Virus record (IMG/VR): IMGVR_UViG_3300049347_000001
Coordinates: 1 to 61,186 of that record
Origin: a virus
DNA length: 61,186 nucleotides
Reading direction: 5' to 3' (one strand)
Of the stretch, positions 15,221-22,481 are shown piece after piece; within the stretch, counting starts at the first letter, position 1, and the number at the start of each line of letters is the position of its first letter. A program made the position numbers and the translations under genes. The notes below the pieces were generated by a model. That model saw only the letters and a program-made list of their open reading frames with translations, did not search any database and had not been told where the DNA came from.

Positions 15221-16249
15221 TCACAGGCCGATGTCCTCGGACGCGGCGTCGGTCCACTTGTCGGCTTCGCGGATGTAGCCCCAGAAGGCGGGGCTGTTGT
15301 CTGCGTGTCCGGACTGGGCGCGGATCTTCTCTTCGCGCTTCCCGGCGACTCGGCTGGCGGTGATGAATCCGGCCCGCATCGAGTGTCCGGTGAGGCGGAC
15401 GGCGAGCCCGGCGCGTTCGGCGTTGCGGGCGATGATCTCGCGGACGGCTTCCGGGGAGAGGTGGCCGGTGCCGAGGTTGCCCCAGATGTCGATGGCGACG
15501 AAGGCGGGCCCGGTCTCGATCCCGGCTGCGGCTTTCCAGGTGAGCCATGCGCGGACGGGGCAGGTGTCGGGGTTCTTGCCGTAGGCGACGGCGACGTTGC
15601 GGGGCGGTCGGCCTTTGACGGCGGGCACGTCCACGGCGAGGCCCTTGCTGCCGACGATGATGCTGTCGGCGCGGAGGGCGGCGACTTCGGCGGAGCGTCC
15701 GGCGATACCGAAGGCGAGGAGCCAGAGTGCGCGGTCGCGAAGTCCGGCGAGCCCTGCGGGTACGGCGGCGGCCATCTGCCGGAGCTGTTCGGGGGTGACG
15801 GCGGCGGCCTTGCCCCGTCCGCGCGCCATGCGTTCGGGGTCGTGCTTGAGCGGCTTGAGTGCCTGCCGCGCGGCGACGGTTGCGGCCTTGGGGACTTCGA
15901 CCCCATGTTCGTTCCGCGCGGTGACGGTGACGCCGGTGATCCGGCGGTCGATGCTGTTGGGTGCGGCGAGCTTAATGGTGTCGAGCCAGACGACGAACCC
16001 GACGAGCGTGCCCTTGGTGACGGCGGTCGAGGCGATCCGCTTGCCGGTGCGTTCCCCCAGCCAGTCGTGGAACTCCTCCCAGAGTGCCCAGTCGTTGGCG
16101 TAGCCGCGCTTCGTGTTGTGGGGACGAATGGCGTCGAGGTGCTTCTCGGCTGCCTCTTCCATAGCGGCGAGGACGGCGAGCGTCGCAGCGTCGTAGACGA
16201 CGGGGGTGGCGTCCGGGGCCCGCGTGACGATGTCGGTCACTCCTCGCAC
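15221..16249 (-). CDS. Second tyrosine recombinase (Cre/Xer-like), 342 aa
   Basis: AFGIAGRSAEVAALR (R), GHSMRAGFITA (HxxR), SGHADNSPAFWGYI (H..Y); N-terminus NTKRGYANDWALWEEFHDWL resembles a Cre/Xer core-binding domain. Alternative start GTG 16240 (GTGA overlap with upstream stop). Confidence 0.85.
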   Translation of the reverse strand: MRGVTDIVTRAPDATPVVYDAATLAVLAAMEEAAEKHLDAIRPHNTKRGYANDWALWEEFHDWLGERTGKRIASTAVTKGTLVGFVVWLDTIKLAAPNSIDRRITGVTVTARNEHGVEVPKAATVAARQALKPLKHDPERMARGRGKAAAVTPEQLRQMAAAVPAGLAGLRDRALWLLAFGIAGRSAEVAALRADSIIVGSKGLAVDVPAVKGRPPRNVAVAYGKNPDTCPVRAWLTWKAAAGIETGPAFVAIDIWGNLGTGHLSPEAVREIIARNAERAGLAVRLTGHSMRAGFITASRVAGKREEKIRAQSGHADNSPAFWGYIREADKWTDAASEDIGL

Positions 16250-16482
16250 CCCAGGTTCTTCAGGTCAGGGTGATGCCGCCACATCAGGATCGCCTGGGTA
16301 TCAAGCACTGCCTGACCGGCGGGAGTCTGCTCGACCGGCTTGAAGCCGTTCGCATACTCACAGTCCGCGTCTTGGCAAGCGTGATCGTTTCCGCCGGGCC
16401 AGTAAATAAGGGGCGTCTGGTGGATTGGGCAGTGGCACCGATCGGTGCAGCAGTGGGGCCTTCCGTCAGGGCTTTGAGGCAT
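16237..16482 (-). CDS. Cys/His-rich small protein, 81 aa
   Basis: Track start 16488 is TTG; ATG 16482 preferred. MPQSPDGRPHCCTDRCHCPIHQ...HACQDADCEY; stop overlaps the recombinase start; GC3 lower than neighbours. Confidence 0.5.
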   Translation of the reverse strand: MPQSPDGRPHCCTDRCHCPIHQTPLIYWPGGNDHACQDADCEYANGFKPVEQTPAGQAVLDTQAILMWRHHPDLKNLGCEE

Positions 16483-16580
16483 GCCCAATCGTACCGTTTT
16501 GGCGCCCTCGATATGGCATGTTATCGAGAGCTGTAGCGCCCAACCGGGTTCATTAGACGACCGTTTGATGAATGCATGAA

Positions 16581-16622
16581 CCTGTAGACAGGTCTACAGG
16601 TCGTCTGTAGAGTGGTCTACAG
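16581..16622. promoter_or_regulatory. Two adjacent dyad operators (CTGTAGAC / GTCTACAG)
   Basis: CCTGTAGAC-AG-GTCTACAGG (16581-16600, perfect 9-bp arms) and CTGTAGAG-TG-GTCTACAG (16605-16622); centres about 23 bp apart; in the divergent gap between 16482 (-) and 16656 (+). Confidence 0.55.
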
Positions 16623-16655
16623 ATGGAGCGAGGGGCGCTCCAGGAGGGGACCACC

Positions 16656-17012
16656 ATGCAGCGCTACGAACTCGAAGCCTTCCTCGGCGACGACCACGGC
16701 CTCGATGAGGACCAGCTCGCCGAACTCCTCGCCAAGGCCGACGAGATCGAGGAGCGTTGCGACGCGGACCCGGACGAGATGGGCGAGGAGTTTGTCGCCG
16801 CCTACCGCCTGATGCGGGAGAACCCCAGCGAGGTCGTGAAGGAACTGGCTGAGCGGCGCCTCGCGGCAGTCCTCGCCGAGGCCAACGCCCTGGCTGCCCT
16901 CCGGCAGGCCGCCATCGTCCTCATCGAGCGCGGCGACTTCACGGAGTCCGGGTTCTCCAGGGCGGCCGGGGTGGACCGGATGACCGTCCGAAAGTGGCTC
17001 GGCAAACGCTGA
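16656..17012 (+). CDS. HTH regulator, 118 aa
   Basis: Track ORF 16623..17012 trimmed to ATG 16656 (AGGAGGGG RBS); acidic N-half; C-terminal SGFSRAAGVDRMTVRKWLGKR = HTH. Confidence 0.6.
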   Translation: MQRYELEAFLGDDHGLDEDQLAELLAKADEIEERCDADPDEMGEEFVAAYRLMRENPSEVVKELAERRLAAVLAEANALAALRQAAIVLIERGDFTESGFSRAAGVDRMTVRKWLGKR

Positions 17013-17020
17013 GTACGCGA

Positions 17021-17064
17021 AGCGCCCCCGCTCCCCTGCCGGTTGGCAGAGAAGCGGGGGCGCT
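17021..17064. terminator. Bidirectional terminator hairpin between convergent units
   Basis: agcgcccccgct-[..ctgcc ggtt ggcag..]-agcgggggcgct: 12-bp outer stem plus 5-bp inner stem. Confidence 0.65.
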
Positions 17065-17065
17065 G

Positions 17066-17155
17066 TCAGTCTTCGTCGTCGGGCGGGGGTATCGGTGGCG
17101 GTTCGAGGAACGGGCGTGGCGACAGCCAGAACGGCGGGTCAGGTTCGTCGTCCAC
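17066..17155 (-). CDS. Proline-rich micro-ORF, 29 aa (in frame with 17159..17302 across a TGA)
   Basis: Own translation from GTG 17155: VDDEPDPPFWLSPRPFLEPPPIPPPDDED*; below track cutoff. Confidence 0.3.
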   Translation of the reverse strand: MDDEPDPPFWLSPRPFLEPPPIPPPDDED

Positions 17156-17158
17156 AGG

Positions 17159-17302
17159 TCAGCCCGCCTCGACGGGCGGGGGCGGGGCGGCCGGCTCGGG
17201 GATCGGCGGCGGTTCCTCCAGGCCGAGAGCGACGAGGCTGCCGACGTCAGCCCCGCCGTCCTGACGGCGCGGCTCCATCGGCCGCGGGTCACGTGCAGGC
17301 AT
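17159..17302 (-). CDS. Proline-rich small ORF, 47 aa, at the end of the lysis cassette
   Basis: ATG 17302 with GGAG RBS 6 nt upstream; own translation MPARDPRPMEPRRQDGGADVGSLVALGLEEPPPIPEPAAPPPPVEAG*; high GC3. Confidence 0.35.
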   Translation of the reverse strand: MPARDPRPMEPRRQDGGADVGSLVALGLEEPPPIPEPAAPPPPVEAG

Positions 17303-17317
17303 ACCGCACTCCAGTTC

Positions 17318-17671
17318 TCACACGTCGATGTGGTGAATGTACTGGCGGGCCCGATCCGACATCGGCTCGGCCGGCGGCGCCTCAAGCCCGGCCTTCTTGA
17401 TGTGGGACACCAGAGAGCGGACCCGGTACAGGAGCCAGCCGATCGCCTCGTCCTGGTCGCCGATGCGCTTCCGCTGATCCTCCGCCTCAGTCTCCTGCCG
17501 CTGGACGCGGCCTTCCAGGCGCTCGATGGCCTTGCCCTGCTGGGTGGTGATGGCGAGGAAATCATCGCGGCTTTCCTGCCGCCTGGTCCTGCGCGCGGAC
17601 CGGGCCGCCACCACGCCGCCCGCCGTGCCCACCACAGCCAGACCTGCCTGGATCCAGGTGTCGACCGTCAT
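17318..17671 (-). CDS. Lysis-cassette protein with N-terminal TM helix and coiled coil, 117 aa
   Basis: ATG 17671 in ATGA overlap with upstream stop; WIQAGLAVVGTAGGVVAA TM, then charged heptads (RLEGRVQRQETEAEDQRKRI). Confidence 0.55.
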   Translation of the reverse strand: MTVDTWIQAGLAVVGTAGGVVAARSARRTRRQESRDDFLAITTQQGKAIERLEGRVQRQETEAEDQRKRIGDQDEAIGWLLYRVRSLVSHIKKAGLEAPPAEPMSDRARQYIHHIDV

Positions 17672-18093
17672 GTGTAGCTCACTCTCTTCATATGGTGCGG
17701 CTCACGCCATCCCGCCACGACCAGCACGGGAACGGCGATCACGCCCCACACGAGCGCGGCGACCCACCCCCTTGAGAAATCGCCCATCAGCCATGCGATG
17801 AGGTAGGAGCCGACCCATGGCAGGACCATCAACGGCAGGGCGAGGAAGGCGACCCAGTCGCGGCCCTGCGGCAGCCACGCCGACACGATCGCGACGAGGC
17901 CGGTGCCGATCCAGAGCCATCCCCACATCGACAGCGACGTGTGCTCCAGCAGTGGCTGGAGGCCGCGCTGGTCGGGCTGGGGGGTGGTGATCTGCGCGTA
18001 GCCGTAGAGGGACCAGACGATGCCGTAGCAGAGGAGGATTGCGCCGCGGCGGCCCAGCATCCTGCCCAGCCGCCGAGCCACCCGGCGCGGCAC
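17668..18093 (-). CDS. Polytopic membrane protein (about 4 TM), lysis cassette, 141 aa
   Basis: GTG 18093 abuts the TAG stop of the holin-like gene; Trp-rich hydrophobic segments (ILLCYGIVWSLYGY, WGWLWIGTGLVAIVSAWL, ...). Confidence 0.6.
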   Translation of the reverse strand: MPRRVARRLGRMLGRRGAILLCYGIVWSLYGYAQITTPQPDQRGLQPLLEHTSLSMWGWLWIGTGLVAIVSAWLPQGRDWVAFLALPLMVLPWVGSYLIAWLMGDFSRGWVAALVWGVIAVPVLVVAGWREPHHMKRVSYT

Positions 18094-18462
18094 CTACACG
18101 CCCCGGGGCGACTCAGCGGTCGCGGTCGGCGCCGTCGGCTTGGACGGGGTGACCTGCACGCGGGTCAGCAGGGTCAGTACGGCGAGGACGAGGACGTTGA
18201 TCGCGCCGACGGTCTCCTGGGAGACGTCGTAGCCGAAGGCGGCGACCGCCGTGGCGCCAGCGGCGACGAGGGCGGTGAAGGCCTGGGGGGCGATGGGGCG
18301 GGTCATGGCGGCGGCGATCGCACCGAGGACCGCGGAGACGGCGGCGACGATGACGCCGGCCTGCTCTGCGGTGAGGCTGGTGATGCCGAGGGAGACGACG
18401 AGGCCGAGCGCGGCGGCCAGGGCGTTCATGGCGACGACCGGTTCTCTTCCGAAGATGCGCAT
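18094..18462 (-). CDS. Holin-like membrane protein, 122 aa
   Basis: Immediately downstream of the endolysin; 3-4 Ala/Val-rich TM segments (LAAALGLVVSLGITSL, GVIVAAVSAVLGAIAAAM, ...). Confidence 0.6.
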   Translation of the reverse strand: MRIFGREPVVAMNALAAALGLVVSLGITSLTAEQAGVIVAAVSAVLGAIAAAMTRPIAPQAFTALVAAGATAVAAFGYDVSQETVGAINVLVLAVLTLLTRVQVTPSKPTAPTATAESPRGV

Positions 18463-18480
18463 GTGGGTTCTCGATTCTGG

Positions 18481-19497
18481 TCAGTCGGTGACGGTGAAGC
18501 CGCGCCGGGCGCCGAGCAGTTTGAGGGAGGCCTTGCCGGGGATTCCGTCGGCGGCGGCGCCGGTGTAGCCGCCGCCGGCCGGGGAGCGCTGCCAGCGCGC
18601 GTAGGCCGCGATGGTCTTCGAGCCGAAGGAGCCGTCGACGTACTCGGCGGGGAGGAGACCCTCCGCCTTCAGCGCCTTCTCGAGGATGAGGACTTCGGCC
18701 TTGTAGGTGGTGTGGCCCTGCGCGGCGGGCGGGTCCTTGCGGGCCGCGGCGGCGACGTGAGCAACGGACACCCGGGGCTTGGCCGCGGGCTGCGCCGGCG
18801 CGGTCGGAGTTGCCGGCGCCTCGCTGTCCTTGGCGAGCTGGATGACGCGGGCGAAGTTCATGTTGCCCGGGTCGCCGTGGTCGTTCTCGGGGACGTGCTG
18901 ATGTCCGCACCATCCCTTGAACGCCTGCCATTCGGCGAAGGACATCCGCGCCGGAGACGCACCGTAGGAGGCGGGGGTGATGCCGGGCCGGCGAGTGTCC
19001 TGGCCGTAGGCGAGCCAGTCCTTGACGCAGCTGAGCGAGACGCCGTGGTTGGCGTTCAGCCAGCGCACCAGCCAAGCCACCTCAGCGAGCGCCCAGTCGG
19101 GGGCGGTCGGCCAGTGCAGGTAGTCGACGCCCGCCTTCTTACCGTCCCAGCTGGTCTTCTTCGAGTCGTCGCAGGTACCTACGAGTTCGATCTGGAAGGC
19201 GTTCGCCGTGTTCGTCTGGACGCCGCCCAGCTTGTTGGCGAGGGCGCGGGCGGACTCGTCGACGTCGTAGTGCTGATGCCAACGGATGCGCTTGGCGGCG
19301 ATGTCGGGGACGCCGGTCACGGTGGGGGCCATTGCGCCGCGGCGGCCCTGGCTGTCGGCGTAGGTCGGCAGCGTGCGCCCTTCGGTGGTGTGTACGACGC
19401 CGCAGTTGACCTCCATGTCGGAGCCGGAGAACGTGCCGGTTCCGTAGAAGTAGGTCTGCGATGCGCCGGGGATTTTCTGCGGGCCCGTTCTGGTCAT
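18481..19497 (-). CDS. Endolysin (amidase-type catalytic domain + PG_binding_1-type C-terminal domain), 338 aa
   Basis: ATG 19497 with GAGGAGGG RBS; GHQHVPENDHGDPG amidase-like motif; C-terminus YKAEVLILEKALKAEGLLPAEYVDGSFGSKTIAAYARWQR = peptidoglycan-binding repeat. Confidence 0.85.
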   Translation of the reverse strand: MTRTGPQKIPGASQTYFYGTGTFSGSDMEVNCGVVHTTEGRTLPTYADSQGRRGAMAPTVTGVPDIAAKRIRWHQHYDVDESARALANKLGGVQTNTANAFQIELVGTCDDSKKTSWDGKKAGVDYLHWPTAPDWALAEVAWLVRWLNANHGVSLSCVKDWLAYGQDTRRPGITPASYGASPARMSFAEWQAFKGWCGHQHVPENDHGDPGNMNFARVIQLAKDSEAPATPTAPAQPAAKPRVSVAHVAAAARKDPPAAQGHTTYKAEVLILEKALKAEGLLPAEYVDGSFGSKTIAAYARWQRSPAGGGYTGAAADGIPGKASLKLLGARRGFTVTD

Positions 19498-19562
19498 GAG
19501 CCCTCCTCAGGGCATGAAAAAGGCCCCGGCCGGGCGGGCTCAGGGCTGCTGTTGCGGAGTGG

Positions 19563-20123
19563 TCAGGCGGCGGCCGGTGCGGTCCAGTGGCGGACGATGA
19601 GCTGCCCGTATCCGGCGTCGACGTCGAGGGTGTCGCTGCCGCCGTTGTAGTTCCAGGCGGTGGAGTGGGCGTCGGCGCGCAGCACGATGACGGGGCGGTC
19701 TCCTGCCGGCCAGTCGTCGGGCATCCGGTACAGGGTGGAGATGTGCAGCGGCATGTGGTGCATGTCGACGGTGACGTTCTCGCCGGAGAAGGCGCTGATC
19801 CGCCACCAGGGGCCCTGGGTTTTGAGGGGGTTGGTGTACGAGTAGATCCACAGGTGCCAGCCGACACCGACCGTGTAGCGGCGGCCGTCGGGGTAGCCGC
19901 AGTTGTTGGTGACCCGGGCGTCCGCGTCGACGTCGAGGAGGTCGCCCGGGTTCACCGCGCCGAGGACGACCCGGTACAGCGTTCGGTAGCTGGACGTCGA
20001 CAGGTCGACGGGAATGTCCGTCGTCTCCAGCGCGCCGAGGGCCATCGAGGTGGTGGCGGGCTGGAGCGGGTCGGTGGCCATGATGCCCGCCAGCTGCAGG
20101 CCGGCGGTGGTCAGGTACGGCAT
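19563..20123 (-). CDS. Tail-tip associated hypothetical protein, 186 aa
   Basis: Track ORF 19563..20423 trimmed to ATG 20123 (AAGGAGA RBS); last gene of the tail module. Confidence 0.6.
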   Translation of the reverse strand: MPYLTTAGLQLAGIMATDPLQPATTSMALGALETTDIPVDLSTSSYRTLYRVVLGAVNPGDLLDVDADARVTNNCGYPDGRRYTVGVGWHLWIYSYTNPLKTQGPWWRISAFSGENVTVDMHHMPLHISTLYRMPDDWPAGDRPVIVLRADAHSTAWNYNGGSDTLDVDAGYGQLIVRHWTAPAAA

Positions 20124-20127
20124 CAGG

Positions 20128-20763
20128 TCAGATCTCCTTGACGGTGAGCGTGGCGGGGAAGGCCGCGGACGCGGTGAGGTCGACGAGGCCGCTCCCGACG
20201 CCGTTGATGGTGGCGACCCAGGTAGTGGATCCGGCGCCGGGCGTGTCCCAGCCGACCGCGGTGATGGACTCGCCTGTCGCGCCAGCGTTGGAGAAGTGGA
20301 CGCCGCCGCCGATCTGCGTGCCGGCCGTGGTGGTGCCGCGGCGGATGAGGACGTCAATGCGGTCGTCGGCGAGGGTGGAGCGCACCAGGCCCTTGGCTTC
20401 GAGCCGGTAGCTGGCGCCGGCACGGGTGGTGAGGGTGACGGACAGGCCGGTGAGGATCTCGCTGGACGTCTGCGCGGTGCTGGACGTCAGAACAGCGGAC
20501 GCTTCCTGCCGGGTGCTGATCTCGACCCAGGCGGAGCCGGTGTAGACGTACAGGCGGTCGGTGTCCTGGAGGTAGGTCACCATGCCCTCGACGGGCGCGG
20601 TCAGGCCGGTGAGGGTGGCGGTGCGGGCGGACGCGGATGCGAACCGCATCACGCCGCGGGGTGCGATCCCGTTGGCGATGTTCGCCGCCAGGGTCTGGGC
20701 GTTGGGGGCGTCGGCGAGGGCCGCGATGGATACGCCCTGCCCGTAGTCGTCGGTGGTGGCCAC
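20128..20763 (-). CDS. Minor tail / fibre-like protein, 211 aa
   Basis: GTG 20763 with GGGAGG RBS; Thr/Ser/Gly-rich beta-type sequence; position in the tail module. Confidence 0.6.
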   Translation of the reverse strand: MATTDDYGQGVSIAALADAPNAQTLAANIANGIAPRGVMRFASASARTATLTGLTAPVEGMVTYLQDTDRLYVYTGSAWVEISTRQEASAVLTSSTAQTSSEILTGLSVTLTTRAGASYRLEAKGLVRSTLADDRIDVLIRRGTTTAGTQIGGGVHFSNAGATGESITAVGWDTPGAGSTTWVATINGVGSGLVDLTASAAFPATLTVKEI

Positions 20764-20778
20764 AGGGCCTCCCGTCCG

Positions 20779-21384
20779 TCAGAGGGTGGAGAAGCGGCAG
20801 TTGAGGGTGATGAAGGTGACGGCCCCGGCGGGGAGGTTCACGAACCTCACCTGGCCCAGGTTGTTGATCGTGAGCTGGCGGACGGCATTGCCGTTCATGA
20901 CCTGTGCGGTCATCACCGTCTCGGCGGGCCGGTATCCGGCGGGCAGTGTGAACAGGGCGCTGGTGCCGGAGACGGAGGTTGCGCCGGTACCGACGACGCC
21001 CTCGATGCCGACGTCGCCGCTGGCGTAGAGCCGGTAGCGGGCGGCCTGGAAGCCGCCGCCGAAGGTCGCCCAGGGGGCGGTCAGGGTGGGGGCCACCCAG
21101 GCGTCGCCGGCTGTCGGCGTCTGGCGGCCGACGGCCATCCAGTTGCCGGTCGAGGAGCGGGTGATGCGGATCAGGTCGCCGATCAGCGGGCCCTCGTAGG
21201 TGGCTTGGCGGCGGATGCTGGTGATGCCGTCCGCGTCGACGGTGCCATCCGCGTTGACGGCGGTGACGGTCGCGGTGTGCCAGTCGGAGCCGCGGACCGC
21301 GGGCGTCGACTGCCCGGTCCGGACCGTCTTGCGCTCGACGGCGGCGGCGAGGTCGCGGTGGATGCCCTGCGCCGACTGGGTCAC
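20779..21384 (-). CDS. Minor tail protein, 201 aa
   Basis: Track ORF 20779..21945 trimmed to GTG 21384 (AAGGAGGA RBS; GTGA overlap with stop at 21381). Confidence 0.6.
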   Translation of the reverse strand: MTQSAQGIHRDLAAAVERKTVRTGQSTPAVRGSDWHTATVTAVNADGTVDADGITSIRRQATYEGPLIGDLIRITRSSTGNWMAVGRQTPTAGDAWVAPTLTAPWATFGGGFQAARYRLYASGDVGIEGVVGTGATSVSGTSALFTLPAGYRPAETVMTAQVMNGNAVRQLTINNLGQVRFVNLPAGAVTFITLNCRFSTL

Positions 21385-22472
21385 GCGTCCTCCTTCGCCG
21401 AGATCGTGCTGATCGGGAAGTCGCCGTCGACGGACAGCGGGACGGTGAAGCTGGCCGCTTGGTGGAGTTCGCGGGTGCCGTCCGGGTGGATGGTTCGCAG
21501 CACGTCGTAGGCCTCGAGGGCTGGGTTTGGCAGAGAGCTGATGTCGCCGGAGGCGTTCGGCGCCTTCGCCTGCACCAGTTTGAGCGTGGCCGCGTTCGTG
21601 CACGCCCCGGTCGTGATGAGCGTCGGCGAGCTGTAGAACATCGGCCGCCTGCCGTACTGCCCGCTCCAGTACGTCGGGGAGGTCGGGTCGTTGTCGACGA
21701 CCAGCGCGCTGACGGGGGCGACGTTGTCGGCGGTGTTCTCGCCGCGTGCCAGAACCCCGTTGAACACGTTGCCGCTGGACATGGCGCGGCTGGCGCGGAT
21801 GTAGGCGCCGCCCTCCCCCGCCGCGACGTCCCAGACCGGGTCGGCCGTTGAGATGTCGGGTGGGACCGCGATGGTGGCGGTGCCGTCCGGGCTGAAGTGC
21901 ACGACGGCCCCGGCGGCGGCGGCGATCTCCTGGCAGGCCGCCCACGGGTCAGCCTCGATGTCGTAGGTCTTCTGCCCGATGGGGATGTCGACGATCGTTG
22001 AGACGACCTGGGCGTCGGCAAGGGAGCGCTGCACCAGCGCGGTGACCGCGGAGACGACCGTTCCGGACGCCTTGTAGGGCGCGGTGAACTTGTCGTCGGC
22101 GATGCACACCGACAAGTCCTTGCCGCCGAGCGTGACGGGCCCGTCATTTACGTCGCCGCCCACCTCGTCGAGGCGGAACACTCCGAGCGGCACCAGCTCG
22201 CTGGACCCGTCGCCGTAGTAGACGCCGCGGCTGATCCGCAGCCGGGCCCCGTAGGTGGCGAGCTGATCCGTCGGCGTGCGCGGGATCAGCGCCGGGTCGG
22301 CGATCGTCACAGTGCAGGTGCGGCGGATCGTCGCCGCACCGTCCACCTGCACCGACCCGCCCGTGTGCTCCAGCGGCAGGACCCGCCCGTCGGTGAGGAA
22401 CAGCAGCACCTCGGTGGCCACCTGGTGCGACTCGGCGAGCCGGGCCAGGAAGCGGTCGGAGACGGGATACAT
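21381..22472 (-). CDS. Minor tail protein (tail-tip/baseplate type), 363 aa
   Basis: Second gene after the tape measure; MYPVSDRFLARLAESHQVATEVLLF.. N-terminus typical of actinophage/prophage minor tail proteins (recalled, unverified). Confidence 0.7.
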   Translation of the reverse strand: MYPVSDRFLARLAESHQVATEVLLFLTDGRVLPLEHTGGSVQVDGAATIRRTCTVTIADPALIPRTPTDQLATYGARLRISRGVYYGDGSSELVPLGVFRLDEVGGDVNDGPVTLGGKDLSVCIADDKFTAPYKASGTVVSAVTALVQRSLADAQVVSTIVDIPIGQKTYDIEADPWAACQEIAAAAGAVVHFSPDGTATIAVPPDISTADPVWDVAAGEGGAYIRASRAMSSGNVFNGVLARGENTADNVAPVSALVVDNDPTSPTYWSGQYGRRPMFYSSPTLITTGACTNAATLKLVQAKAPNASGDISSLPNPALEAYDVLRTIHPDGTRELHQAASFTVPLSVDGDFPISTISAKEDA

Positions 22473-22481
22473 GCGCGCCCC

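Noticed and set aside
14509-16622. Retron, DGR or bridge-RNA-type system (structured RNA next to a recombinase).
   Set aside because: No reverse transcriptase or DEDD/IS110-type gene is present. The recombinase is an ordinary tyrosine type, for which no guide RNA is known. I kept it only as a generic structured-region finding.
19517-19545. Possible rho-independent terminator between tail and lysis genes (minus-strand TTTTT after a GC-rich segment).
   Set aside because: Only a 4-bp stem can be drawn, which is too weak to call.
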